The notes under the pieces are model-generated. The model did not search any database and was not told the origin of the DNA. It worked only from the letters and a program-made list of their open reading frames with translations. DNA of 63,954 nt from Nitrospinales bacterium (GTDB lineage: Bacteria > Nitrospinota > Nitrospinia > Nitrospinales > VA-1): NCBI GenBank assembly GCA_022450865.1, contig JAKUOQ010000002.1:1-63954 (forward strand), in the 5' to 3' direction. How positions within the stretch are numbered: position 1 is the stretch's first letter; every line of letters begins with the position of its first letter. The position numbers and the translations under genes were made by a program. This document shows, piece by piece, positions 22,262 to 32,557 of the stretch.

Positions 22262-23422
22262 TTGAGCGAAATTTTACACATAGATATGGATGCCTTTTTT
22301 GTATCCGTTGAAGAGGTGCTGAATCCATCTTTAAAAGACAAACCCGTTATCGTTGGAGGAAACATCGATAGCCGGGGAGTGGTTGCGGCAGCATCTTATG
22401 TAGCTAGGAAGTATGGGGTTCAATCCGCCATGCCGATTGCGAGAGCGAAACGTCTTTGTCCGCACGCTATTTTTTTGCGCAGTTCGCACCGGCTCTACAG
22501 CGAATATTCGGACAAGGTGTTCGAGATTCTAAGAAGTTATTCTCCGCTAGTCGAACCGATGTCTCTCGATGAAGCATTTATCGATTTAACGGGCTGTGGA
22601 AAATTACATGGCCCGGTCCTTAAAACAGCGGAAACAATTCGTAATGAAATCAAAGGTCAACTTGGACTCAATGCATCAATCGGTATTGCTACTAACAAAC
22701 TTATAGCTAAAATCGCTTCGGCCTATTGCAAACCCAACGGCATGTTGTGGATAGCCCCCGGTAGCGAACAACAGTTTTTGGCACCACTTCCTATAAAACG
22801 CATCCCAGGAATCGGTCTCAAAGGCAGCACCAAGTTGAATCGCATGGGTGTTCACTCAGTTGCCGATCTTGCACGCTTACCACTGGAAATACTTGAAGGG
22901 ATTTATGGGAAATGGGGAGCATCACTTTATCTCAAGGCAAGGGGAATCAGTAACAGCCCTGTCATTGCAGAAACCAAAGACCCTCGCTCCATCAGCCGAG
23001 AAACGACTCTCGACACAGATTCTATCGATCCAATGTTTCTGGAATCTACGCTCAGTTACCTGACAGAAAAATCTGCAGCACAACTTCGTAGCAGCAGATT
23101 GTTTGCCAAAACTGTCACGTTAAAGCTAAGATACTCGGACTTTAAAACGGTAACCCGCTCACAAATTCTGGGCTGGCCAACGGCGGCGGATCATACGCTT
23201 TTTAAGACTGCCATAAAATTATTCCGAAAAACTTTTAACCGCAAGACACGAGTACGTCTGATAGGGGTTTCTCTCACTTCCCTGACAGCGCATCCTTGTC
23301 GGCAGGAAAACTTGTTTGACCTTAAAGACAGTAAACGTTGGGATGAGCTTTATCACGGGATCGATCAAATCCGAAAAAAATACGGATTCCATTCCATCCT
23401 ACGTGCAGCCAGTCGCCGATGA
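22262..23422 (+). CDS. dinB: DNA polymerase IV (Y-family)
   Basis: ILHIDMDAFFVSVE and SLDEAFIDLT motifs. TTG start 27 nt after the lexA stop. Confidence 0.93.
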   Translation: MSEILHIDMDAFFVSVEEVLNPSLKDKPVIVGGNIDSRGVVAAASYVARKYGVQSAMPIARAKRLCPHAIFLRSSHRLYSEYSDKVFEILRSYSPLVEPMSLDEAFIDLTGCGKLHGPVLKTAETIRNEIKGQLGLNASIGIATNKLIAKIASAYCKPNGMLWIAPGSEQQFLAPLPIKRIPGIGLKGSTKLNRMGVHSVADLARLPLEILEGIYGKWGASLYLKARGISNSPVIAETKDPRSISRETTLDTDSIDPMFLESTLSYLTEKSAAQLRSSRLFAKTVTLKLRYSDFKTVTRSQILGWPTAADHTLFKTAIKLFRKTFNRKTRVRLIGVSLTSLTAHPCRQENLFDLKDSKRWDELYHGIDQIRKKYGFHSILRAASRR

Positions 23423-23512
23423 ATCACCAGAGGTGGAACTATATTAAGTCAAGGAGTGTTCAATATTTTTAGAACGTGACAGATACCACTTTAATTTCTT
23501 TCAAAGAAAAAT

Positions 23513-24646
23513 ATGAATCTTGAAAATATCAGAAAAGAATTTCCTGTAACGAATGAGATCATTTTTTTTGATCATGCTAGGGTTGCACCCTTACCGAAAC
23601 GAGTGCAACAGGTTGTCACAGCATTTATCGATGACGCAACAAGATTTGGTACTGCCCATTACGAAACCTGGGTTCTTGAGCTCGAACGCACTCGAAAAAA
23701 ATTCGCAGAACTTATCAATGCCAACCGAGACGAAATTGCTTTTGTTAAAAATACTTCGGAAGGAATCTCAATAGTAGCAAATGGATTCGACTGGCAACTG
23801 GGGGATAATGTGGTCATCCCCGATATCGAGTTCCCTGCAAACGTATACCCCTGGTGGAACCTTAAGCAAAGGGGTGTGGAAACGCGCATGGTTAAGTCGG
23901 TTGAAGGAAGAGTACTGTTCGATGAATTGATAAAACAAGTCGATAACAGAACACGGATACTCTCTATCAGTTCAGTGGAATGCAACAGCGGATTTCGAAG
24001 CGACCTTAATCGACTAGGCACCTTTTGCAAAGAGAAAGGAATTTTATTTTTTGTCGATGCGATTCAGAGTCTTGGTGTCCTGCCCTTAGATGTAAAAAAA
24101 GACCACATAGATTTTCTTTCAGCGGATGGACATAAATGGATGTTAAGTGTTGAAGGCCTGGGTGGTTTTTACATCTCCAAGAATGTGGTGGATAGAATTC
24201 GTCCCACGACAATGGGATGGGGAAATGTCGTCAATGCAGAGAATTTTATGGACTATGACTTCACTTTACAAAAAGATGCAAAAAAGTTTGAAGAAGGAAC
24301 TCCCAACACGATAAGTATTCACGCTTTTGGTGCGGCGTTGGGGTTGCTACTTGAGGCTGGCATCGACAATATCGAAAAGCGTGTGATTACCCTGGGCGAT
24401 TACATAATCGCTGAATTGAATCGCAGGAATATTAAAATTTACAGTTCCACCCTTTTGAATGAGCGCTCTGGGAATATATCGTTTATTCTGGATAAAGATG
24501 TTAGCAAGCTTTACTCGTTTATGTTGGAGAACAAAGTCAAGCTAACTGTACGCGATGGACTCGTACGCTTTTCCCCGCACTTTTATAATAATGAGGATGA
24601 GGTTCTACAGGTTTTTGACTTATTAGATAGTTATTTGAAAAAATAA
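23513..24646 (+). CDS. class V aminotransferase / cysteine-desulfurase-like PLP enzyme
   Basis: Fold-type I PLP pattern with the lysine context FLSADGHKWM. Confidence 0.8.
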   Translation: MNLENIRKEFPVTNEIIFFDHARVAPLPKRVQQVVTAFIDDATRFGTAHYETWVLELERTRKKFAELINANRDEIAFVKNTSEGISIVANGFDWQLGDNVVIPDIEFPANVYPWWNLKQRGVETRMVKSVEGRVLFDELIKQVDNRTRILSISSVECNSGFRSDLNRLGTFCKEKGILFFVDAIQSLGVLPLDVKKDHIDFLSADGHKWMLSVEGLGGFYISKNVVDRIRPTTMGWGNVVNAENFMDYDFTLQKDAKKFEEGTPNTISIHAFGAALGLLLEAGIDNIEKRVITLGDYIIAELNRRNIKIYSSTLLNERSGNISFILDKDVSKLYSFMLENKVKLTVRDGLVRFSPHFYNNEDEVLQVFDLLDSYLKK

Positions 24647-24662
24647 AATCTAGGAGTCAAAT

Positions 24663-25964
24663 TTAAACTCCAGAAAAGCGAGTCACAAAGTTTTTCAGCT
24701 TTTCTTTAATTTGAATGCGATGTGCCAGTTTGATCGCATCTTCTTTGCTTGCAAATCGGTCTACCTGAACGCGGTAAATATTTTTTCCGTTCCGGGTAAT
24801 AAAGACATCATAGCCTTTCCTTTTTAAAGATCGCTCCAGTTTTCTAGCATGGGCTTTAGTTTTATAAGCTCCTACTTGAATCGTATACAGCTGTGTTTTA
24901 GGAGAAGCCAACTGTTTTTGGGAGGTTCCGACGTACGAACGAGTTATCGATTTGATTTCTTTGCTTTTGATTACTGCAATAGGTTCAACAGTTTTAGCCT
25001 GCGACAAATTAATAGGAACAGGAATCTTAGCTTCTTTTTTGGGAGACAAAGGAGGCATTTCAGATTCCACTCGCTTTCTTTTTTGGACTAGAGAACGGGC
25101 TTGCATTATATTTTTTTTAACCGAATTGCTTTCTGTCTTAGTAGTTATCTCCACAAGAGATTCTTTATTTGATTCTATATTTTCGGAACCATCGGATAGT
25201 CCTGCTTCTTTGTCTAGAATCATAGCTTCCTGCCATTCAGCTTTGAGTTGTTGTAATTCTTCAATTTTTTTCAATTCATTAGTGGCATTTTTTGCGATTA
25301 CAGGCTTCTCAAATTGGTTTTCCCTGTCGGCTTCATTGGGATGTTTTACCAAGACAGTCAATTTATCTACCATATTTGATGTCATACGACTAAGATTAAA
25401 CTTATTCGTTACGAACTGGATGGGAGCAAGGAGAGCCGTTGTGATACCCGTTGGAATTTTTCCGATTCCCGAGAAGTCCTGTTCAGTTTGTTCAGCCCGC
25501 CAAAGAATTTCTCCGCTCCTTGTATCTACCATTTGCACGGAGACACTCAGCTCAATCGACGAATGCAAAATAAAATAGGATCGCTCAACTTTATTTATAC
25601 GACTAAAAACTATAGCATCTACTCCCAAAATTTCACCAAACTGCATGGGATTGATATCAAGTAAGGTTGAAGGGTCTGTCAGTTTGTTTTGTTTCAGTAG
25701 ACCATCAATCACATAACGTTCCAATAAATGGAATTCTGACTGTTTTAGATTGGCATACAATCCTTGGCGAAACATTTGAGCCATTTCCTTTTGCCCCGGA
25801 TCGCTTGTCTCGACAGGAAGGATTGCCACGGTCTGGTTCTTGGAAAGGGCCGTCAGGTGGCCTGCAACCCTTGTTTGTAAATCGGTAGCACATGCGGACA
25901 ACGATAAAGCCATACAACCAGCCACTAACCTTTGCAAAAATTTTATGTATTGATTATTTTTCAT
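24663..25964 (-). CDS. lipoprotein with an N-terminal TolB-N/DUF799 (GNA1162)-like domain, a disordered linker and a C-terminal SPOR domain
   Basis: Lipobox LSLSAC. VAILPVETSD...LLERYVIDGLLKQ resembles the DUF799/LpoB/CsgG-type fold. The C-terminus YTIQVGAYKTKAHARKLERSLKRKGYDVFITRNGKNIYRVQVDRFASKEDA is a SPOR repeat. Confidence 0.65.
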   Translation of the reverse strand: MKNNQYIKFLQRLVAGCMALSLSACATDLQTRVAGHLTALSKNQTVAILPVETSDPGQKEMAQMFRQGLYANLKQSEFHLLERYVIDGLLKQNKLTDPSTLLDINPMQFGEILGVDAIVFSRINKVERSYFILHSSIELSVSVQMVDTRSGEILWRAEQTEQDFSGIGKIPTGITTALLAPIQFVTNKFNLSRMTSNMVDKLTVLVKHPNEADRENQFEKPVIAKNATNELKKIEELQQLKAEWQEAMILDKEAGLSDGSENIESNKESLVEITTKTESNSVKKNIMQARSLVQKRKRVESEMPPLSPKKEAKIPVPINLSQAKTVEPIAVIKSKEIKSITRSYVGTSQKQLASPKTQLYTIQVGAYKTKAHARKLERSLKRKGYDVFITRNGKNIYRVQVDRFASKEDAIKLAHRIQIKEKLKNFVTRFSGV

Positions 25965-25967
25965 AAA

Positions 25968-26945
25968 TTAGTTCAGCGATGACTTTTCTATAATAGCCAT
26001 TCCGTGCTTATAAAATCTTTTACCCGCCAAACCCTGCGCATTTTTTAAGGTCCCAACTATAAGCGCACTCGATATCTCATCCGATTCCTGCACGATATAG
26101 CTTCCTGAATACATTCCAGGGGTAATTTCCTTTAACGGGATATTGGATTTCCAACTTCCAATTCCAAAAGAACCTTTTAAACCTGCGTCACCTATGAGGT
26201 TTACATATATTCGATCATTGGGCTTAAGTTTCTGATTTGGCTTCAAGTTGGTTTCTATACTCTTGATTTCTGGTAACCGTATCTCTTTTTGCCAAACCGC
26301 GGCAGGGTCAGGAATTTTCATCATAATACCGATGGAAAACATTTCGGCAGTTTTATATAGCGCCTGATGGACTTTCGCGTTGTCCATCTGGTCCTGTATA
26401 ATTTCAACAAAATTTGGTGAAAGTATTCCAGAATAAATGCGCTCCTTATGCTCGGTTTCCCAAAGTGTTTCACCCGTCCTTAAATCGATCATCTCAATTT
26501 TTGCCTTAATAGAAGTCTCTGCGTGGATTCCACCTGTAAAATTGTTCGTCTCTAACACCTGACCTTTGATCACCGCATCCACAGCCAGAATATCTCTCAA
26601 TTTTTCAGGGCTGAACCCCAGCACTTCTTTATAATTTTTCATTCCAGCCGCATGTAGCTTGTTATCAATAGTTTCCAGGGGAATATCTACATAACCCAAG
26701 TAACTGAAATAGTTAAAAAAACACTCACGGAATAATCTATGGACAGGAACTCCCTCTGGTGTGGGTCCAGCAAGGGTAAAAGGTAATATGGCTACTGTAT
26801 TAGGGTGTATGTTGGGGTGATCCAGGTTTTTACGAACCTTCAAATCAACCGTTCCACACCCCCCAAAAACTATTCCAAATAAAACAATAAAAATGGTTAG
26901 TTTTTGTAGTGATGAATTTTGTTTTCCGGCGAGCCAAGACTTCAT
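25968..26945 (-). CDS. lipoprotein, TolB-N/DUF799-like paralog with a C-terminal beta-rich domain
   Basis: Lipobox VFGGC. VAILPFTLAG... and GETLWETEHKE parallel the neighbour's GEILWRAEQTE. Only 3 nt separate the two genes. Confidence 0.6.
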   Translation of the reverse strand: MKSWLAGKQNSSLQKLTIFIVLFGIVFGGCGTVDLKVRKNLDHPNIHPNTVAILPFTLAGPTPEGVPVHRLFRECFFNYFSYLGYVDIPLETIDNKLHAAGMKNYKEVLGFSPEKLRDILAVDAVIKGQVLETNNFTGGIHAETSIKAKIEMIDLRTGETLWETEHKERIYSGILSPNFVEIIQDQMDNAKVHQALYKTAEMFSIGIMMKIPDPAAVWQKEIRLPEIKSIETNLKPNQKLKPNDRIYVNLIGDAGLKGSFGIGSWKSNIPLKEITPGMYSGSYIVQESDEISSALIVGTLKNAQGLAGKRFYKHGMAIIEKSSLN

Positions 26946-27292
26946 ATAAGTTATTGAAAAAATTTACATTTCTTGGATTTTGTGCATATTTCAACTATAT
27001 GAAATCATTCAAAATTTGTCAATATTTTAAATAATTTATTTAAATTACTTGAATGGGAGACAAAAACAAATTTCACTGCAAATGAGTACAGAGACAACCA
27101 TTAGCAAAGGTAATAAATAAAACAAATATTTAGGTATAGTTTTCTCTTTAAAATAAATGAGTCAAGGACTTCTGTTAATTTTTTAGACCTTCTGAACAAC
27201 AAAACTATCCTCTATTCACACCGCTTGATTGCCAAGGATATATTTGATAAAGTTGCCAATAGTCGAGATTAAATCTAATTTTGAGGTTTTTG

Positions 27293-27922
27293 ATGACAAG
27301 AAAAATTTTACAAGTAGGTACTATTCTTTTCTTTTTTCTTTTAAGTCTTGTGGGAGATGTATTTGCAAATTCACCAATAACCTCGGAATTAAAACAAACC
27401 ATTGATAAGGTTATTCAGATAGTCTCAGATCCAGACCTAAAGAAGACCCCAAAATTACGGAGAGAAAAACTTCGTCAAACCATAGGTTTTCGCTTCAATT
27501 ACAATCAGATGGTCAGACGCTCTCTGGCACGAAACTATAAGAATCGCACAAATAAGGAGCGCGAAGAATTCACAGGATTGTTCAAAAAACTTCTTGAAAA
27601 TTCTTATGCCAGTAAAATTGAAAACTACCAGGATGAAACGATAAATTATGTAGATGAAAAAGTTAAAGGTAAATATGCTTTGGTTAAAACCGAAATCGTC
27701 CGTAAAAATGGAACTATAGATGTCGATTACAAGCTGATCAACGAAAATGGAAGATGGACTGTTTATGATTTTGTAATTGAAGAAGTAAGTTTGATACGGA
27801 ATTATCGTTCGCAATTTAGCAAAATCATTAAAACCGAATCATACGGTGCTTTGGTTACTAAATTGACCAAGAAAATTAAAGACCTTGAATCCAGTCAGGA
27901 TAAAGATTCTGAAAACCTTTAA
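27293..27922 (+). CDS. MlaC/Ttg2D-family (HpnM-like) periplasmic lipid-binding protein
   Basis: Signal peptide. The pattern FNYNQMVRRSLARNYKNRTNKEREEFTGLFKKLLENSYASKIENY and the C-terminal W.VYDFVIEEVSLIRNYRSQF are typical of the MlaC family. ATG 27293 has a GAGG SD. Confidence 0.8.
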   Translation: MTRKILQVGTILFFFLLSLVGDVFANSPITSELKQTIDKVIQIVSDPDLKKTPKLRREKLRQTIGFRFNYNQMVRRSLARNYKNRTNKEREEFTGLFKKLLENSYASKIENYQDETINYVDEKVKGKYALVKTEIVRKNGTIDVDYKLINENGRWTVYDFVIEEVSLIRNYRSQFSKIIKTESYGALVTKLTKKIKDLESSQDKDSENL

Positions 27923-27944
27923 AAGGTTTAGGCCACACCCCCCT

Positions 27945-28946
27945 TTGATAAAAAGCTCCGCACCCACTCGCATTGACCTCGCCGGAGGCACACTTGATAT
28001 CTGGCCACTTAATCTATTTTTTGATAATGCCCCAACGCTCAATGTGGCTATAGACCTTTATGCTACTGTTGAACTAATACCTAGAAAAGATAAACGAATT
28101 GTCCTTCGTTCTCATGATTTGAAATTAAAGGATTCCTTTTCTTCATTCAATGTCTTACCAGAAAAGCACCCTTTGGAGCTATTGACCCGAACCGTAAAAT
28201 TTTATGCTCCAAAATCAGGTCTGGAAATTTCTACAAACTGTCAGGCACCACAAGGTTCTGGGATAGGAGGTTCCTCGGCTTTGAGTATTGCGTTACATGG
28301 AGCACTGAACAAATTTGTCGGCACAAGATACAACAAACAAGAAATTATTGAAATTGCCAGAAATATAGAAACTCAGGTAATAGGCGTTCCTGCAGGGTGT
28401 CAAGACTATTTTCCTGCCATGTATGGAGGCGTCAGGTCAGTTAACCCGGGCTTCATTAGGATTGAAACTGAAACTCTACCCGTAAAACCAAAAGAACTCA
28501 GCCAGCACGTAGTCCTATGCTATACGGGAAAACCAAGAAACTCCGGTATCAATAACTGGGAGGTCACAAAAAACGCCTTAGATGGAAATAAGAAAGTGAT
28601 TCAACATTTAAGTACCATTCGCGATTGCGCAGTGGAAATGCATCGACTTTTAAAAAAGGGCCGTATTTCTGGCGTCGCTTCGATTTTCAAAAAAGAATGG
28701 AACGCTCGCAAACAACTTGCGCCCAATATATCCACACCACAAATGGAAAAACTTATTGAATCTGCGCTGAAAAAAGGAGCGCTTGCAGCAAAGGTATGTG
28801 GTGCAGGAGGAGGCGGATGCGTTGCCTTCATCGTCCCTCCCAAGAAAAAACAATCCATCATAGATGAATTAGACTGTCAAGGTGGCAAGGTCTTGCCCTT
28901 CAAGTTTGTCTCTCGTGGGCACCGGAACACAAGTTCCAGTAAATAA
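27945..28946 (+). CDS. GHMP-family kinase (sugar-kinase-like: HddA/fucokinase type)
   Basis: SSAPTRIDLAGGTLDIWP N-terminus, the GHMP motif PQGSGIGGSSALSIAL, and C-terminal KVCGAGGGG. The start is ambiguous: TTG 27945 is preferred, while TTG 27885 would overlap the mlaC-like gene by 38 nt. Confidence 0.8.
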   Translation: MIKSSAPTRIDLAGGTLDIWPLNLFFDNAPTLNVAIDLYATVELIPRKDKRIVLRSHDLKLKDSFSSFNVLPEKHPLELLTRTVKFYAPKSGLEISTNCQAPQGSGIGGSSALSIALHGALNKFVGTRYNKQEIIEIARNIETQVIGVPAGCQDYFPAMYGGVRSVNPGFIRIETETLPVKPKELSQHVVLCYTGKPRNSGINNWEVTKNALDGNKKVIQHLSTIRDCAVEMHRLLKKGRISGVASIFKKEWNARKQLAPNISTPQMEKLIESALKKGALAAKVCGAGGGGCVAFIVPPKKKQSIIDELDCQGGKVLPFKFVSRGHRNTSSSK

Positions 28947-28952
28947 TTTTGG

Positions 28953-31448
28953 CTAATTCTCCCCTGAAGCGAGGGGCCGAAAGAGAACAATTAGAAGAGG
29001 AAGCAGAGCGAGAGCTCCTAACAAGGCAATAACCATTGCGGCCCCTGTCAATAATCCAAAATAAATAGTTGGCATGAACTCGGAAAGAGCAAGAATGGAA
29101 AAACCTAGAGTGATAGTCACCGAGGTATAGTACATTGCTTTGCCGATGCTCCCATGGCAACGATCCATTGTCTCCAAATAATTTTGGTCCACCTTAAATT
29201 CTTTTTGAAATCGGTGAATATAATGGATAGTATTGTCCACCGCAATACCTACTGTGATAGCTGCGATTGTGATTGTCATCATATCGAGGGGAATACCCAG
29301 CCAACCCATAAGGCTCAACACAGTTCCTGCCGCCAAAAGATTAGGAATGATCCCTATCAATGCAAGAGAAAAACTTCTAAATAAAATCATAAACATAACC
29401 ATGATGGCAAAAACCACCACACCAATGGTAAGGATTTGTGATCGGTAAAGACTCTGTAGCATATTATTATAAAGTACAACCATACCAGTGAACTGGATAG
29501 TTTCTGGAGCAAATTTAAGTTCTTCTACCAGATGTTTCCGAATTTTTTCGATGAGATCCGAACGGCGCAAATTAGGATTTGACTCGATTAACCGCATATT
29601 GATATGAATCTGATTAGCATCTTGTGACAAATAGGGATTTACTAGGGAGTCTTTTACATTTTCTGGCATTAATTTTCGAATAAGAGCTAAATCATAGTCA
29701 TCAGGTTTTCTGCCTTTATCAAGTTGAGTGAAAACTTTAACCAATGTTGAAATGGATTGCACCTTTCCAACTTCTGGCAGACTTTCCAGGTAATCGTGAA
29801 TTTTTTCAACACGATCTAACATATTAGAATTGAACCAAAAATTCATTTCAGCCGAATCCCCTTCATCCGCGAAGGGATCATCAAAGTCTTCTTCTTCTTT
29901 GTTCTGTTCAACTTCTTTAAGGTAGTCAAAGTATTTTTGATCAGGATTCATCACAATATTCAAAGGAGTAGTGCCGCCCAGTTTTCGATCTATGACTTGC
30001 ATGCCTTTGTAAATTTCGGTATTGCTCTTAAAGTGATCGATAAAACGGTTCTCTACTTCAAGCTTGCTAATACCAATCATGCTAACTACGGCCAGCAAAA
30101 AGGACCCGCAAAGAATAATTTTTTGATGGCGCTTGATAAATGCTGCAACAGCCAAGGTAAAAATCCGGGTTTTGTCTTTTCCTGAACGGGATATCTCGGG
30201 ACTTAAGAGCACAAGAGCAGCTGGAAAAAATGTAAAATTCAGGACAAAGGCCAGAGAAATTCCGATAGTCATGGTCCAACCGAAATCAATTACGGGGCGA
30301 ATGCCGCTGACTAAAAGGGAGCAAAAAGCAACAATCGTGGTAATGGAGGTATAAAAACAAGGCAGAACCATAAAACCTACCGTTTGCCTTACAAGTTGTT
30401 TCTGATCTTGTCCGGGTTTGCTCTGGTTTAAATCCTGATATCTCACGATCAGATGTATGATCAGAGAAATGGTAATGATGAGGAGAATGGAAATAAAATT
30501 GGAGGAAATAACTGTCACCCGCCAGTCCATTAAACCAAGAAACCCTACAACAACTGCGGTTGTGATTAGACAACAACCCACCGGCAATACCACCCAGCGT
30601 AGTTTTTTAAAAAAAAGACTAAGCATTAGAATGATGAAAATAATTACACCCAGACCAAAAGTTTTCAGATCGTGCTCAATGAATCCAATCATATCTGTGG
30701 TGATCATGGGCACACCACCCAAAAACATTTCTGCGTTATCACGGTGCCGATCCATAATATAGCGAACGGCTTGAATGACCTTGTCTTCCTTATCTAGAAC
30801 GCTGGCGTGGTAATTCCGGAACTCTTCTTGCGCTTTGTTGAAGAGTACTTCATCGTTCGAAGTAAAATCTTTAGTTTTAATTTTTGCCCTGAGTTCGTTT
30901 CTCTTATTAAGAAGATCGAAATATTTTTGATCACGTTTAAAATTTACGCGGATGATCGTGGTTTTCCCATCTGAACTCATCAATAGATTCTTATAAATCG
31001 GACTTTCACGAAACTCTTTCCGGGCTAATTCTCGGTCCACTCCGAGAGTTTCAAGAGTACGTATGTCAGTAGCTAACTTGCCGATTTCTACTCTGGGACT
31101 GTTCAGCAAAGGAACATTTAATATATTGTCTATGGAATGAATTCGGTCAAGTTTTAACAGTTCACTGCTTAGAGCCTTTATGTCTGCGAGCACTTCATCG
31201 GACATCAGGTCTTTAAATGGTGAATAGGTGATTACTAAAAAATCATCAGATCCATAAACTTTGCTGATTTTTCGGTAATATTCCAGAGCGTTGTCATTTT
31301 CCAAAACTAGAGATTCTGCGGATGCATCCAACTTGAATTTTGGGATATGGTAGGAAAATCCAGCCACCACTAAAACAACAAAAATCAGGGCCCACAAAGG
31401 TTTTTCAACGACCCATTTGAAGTATCCATCTACCAATAATTTTTTCAA
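28953..31448 (-). CDS. RND superfamily MMPL/HpnN-like transporter
   Basis: 831 aa with a duplicated 1+5 TM architecture, two large periplasmic loops, and motifs SLIIHLIVRYQD and VDNTIHYIHRFQKE in the two halves. Confidence 0.85.
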   Translation of the reverse strand: MKKLLVDGYFKWVVEKPLWALIFVVLVVAGFSYHIPKFKLDASAESLVLENDNALEYYRKISKVYGSDDFLVITYSPFKDLMSDEVLADIKALSSELLKLDRIHSIDNILNVPLLNSPRVEIGKLATDIRTLETLGVDRELARKEFRESPIYKNLLMSSDGKTTIIRVNFKRDQKYFDLLNKRNELRAKIKTKDFTSNDEVLFNKAQEEFRNYHASVLDKEDKVIQAVRYIMDRHRDNAEMFLGGVPMITTDMIGFIEHDLKTFGLGVIIFIILMLSLFFKKLRWVVLPVGCCLITTAVVVGFLGLMDWRVTVISSNFISILLIITISLIIHLIVRYQDLNQSKPGQDQKQLVRQTVGFMVLPCFYTSITTIVAFCSLLVSGIRPVIDFGWTMTIGISLAFVLNFTFFPAALVLLSPEISRSGKDKTRIFTLAVAAFIKRHQKIILCGSFLLAVVSMIGISKLEVENRFIDHFKSNTEIYKGMQVIDRKLGGTTPLNIVMNPDQKYFDYLKEVEQNKEEEDFDDPFADEGDSAEMNFWFNSNMLDRVEKIHDYLESLPEVGKVQSISTLVKVFTQLDKGRKPDDYDLALIRKLMPENVKDSLVNPYLSQDANQIHINMRLIESNPNLRRSDLIEKIRKHLVEELKFAPETIQFTGMVVLYNNMLQSLYRSQILTIGVVVFAIMVMFMILFRSFSLALIGIIPNLLAAGTVLSLMGWLGIPLDMMTITIAAITVGIAVDNTIHYIHRFQKEFKVDQNYLETMDRCHGSIGKAMYYTSVTITLGFSILALSEFMPTIYFGLLTGAAMVIALLGALALLPLLIVLFRPLASGEN

Positions 31449-31669
31449 GGATTTCCCTGTTCAAGTTTGAATGAAGAATTGTTAATTATTTCTGACCATA
31501 ACGACTACGGGCTATTATTCAGTCCAGCGTCTGGCTGGTGGGCGGAGATATTCTATACTTAACTTGAGATTGTGCCAATAGATAAAATAAACGTTTCTTG
31601 CGCTTTAGCTTCATTAAAAGGCATACTACTGGAAAATCATTCCAAAAATTTATTTAAGATAATAGAACT

Positions 31670-32377
31670 GTGAATTCAACTTTAAAATCCACACTCAAAT
31701 ATTTTACTATTCTAGCTCTGGTTCTAGCCATGGGAATGTCTGTCTGGCTTTTACCTGAGCCCATTAAAAAAGAAAAAGAACAGCCCATCACCCCGCCTAT
31801 CGACGCAAAAGATGAAGCAGGAAGATATATACAACAAGCGTCTGAAAATTTTTTCTACCATGAATTCGACAAGGCTATTGGCAACTACAAAAAAGCCATA
31901 ACAGTTTATAAAAAACTTGGCAAATTTAAAAAGGCAGCACAGGTTTTTGAATCCATCGGTGATCTTTATAAATTCCGCAGAAATCTAAAAGAATCAGAAA
32001 AATATTACAAACTGGCAATGGAAAATCATAGAAAAAATCAGGACTCTTTAGGAGAAGCACGAGCCATGAATCTGGCGGGGGACTTATATATGGAAAGGAA
32101 AAATTTCCCACCCGCCGGGGATTGGTACAAAAAGGGTTTGGATTTGGTAAGAAATGATCCACCTCACCTCATAAAAGCTTTACTTTTGGAAAATATGGGA
32201 CATTATTTCTGGAAAACAAACAACGTTCCTGAAGCGATATTACAGTTCACCCAGGCACGAGATACCTTTTCCGCACTTAAAAACCAGATGGGGTATGATC
32301 ATATGAGTGCGGTACTCAATAAATTGCAGACCGGTCAATCTCATGGTCATAGCATTCCTGACGGGGGCCACATCTAA
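31670..32377 (+). CDS. membrane-anchored TPR-repeat protein
   Basis: GTG start, an N-terminal TM helix, and several TPR-like units (AIGNYKKAITVYKKLG, AEKYYKLAMENH, AGDWYKKGLDL). Confidence 0.65.
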   Translation: MNSTLKSTLKYFTILALVLAMGMSVWLLPEPIKKEKEQPITPPIDAKDEAGRYIQQASENFFYHEFDKAIGNYKKAITVYKKLGKFKKAAQVFESIGDLYKFRRNLKESEKYYKLAMENHRKNQDSLGEARAMNLAGDLYMERKNFPPAGDWYKKGLDLVRNDPPHLIKALLLENMGHYFWKTNNVPEAILQFTQARDTFSALKNQMGYDHMSAVLNKLQTGQSHGHSIPDGGHI

Positions 32378-32557
32378 TACAATTCACTTCCTCCTAAAAG
32401 ATCAAACTAGCCGGAGTTTAGTGATTTATTAGGAATTATTTCTATTATTCAATATAATGGGAAACAAGACTAAAATGAAAGAGCAGAGAACACAGGCTAT
32501 TATTGCAAAGTTGGCTTCAGATCGAGTGATATATAATCTTCTGCTAAGGCTTAAAAC

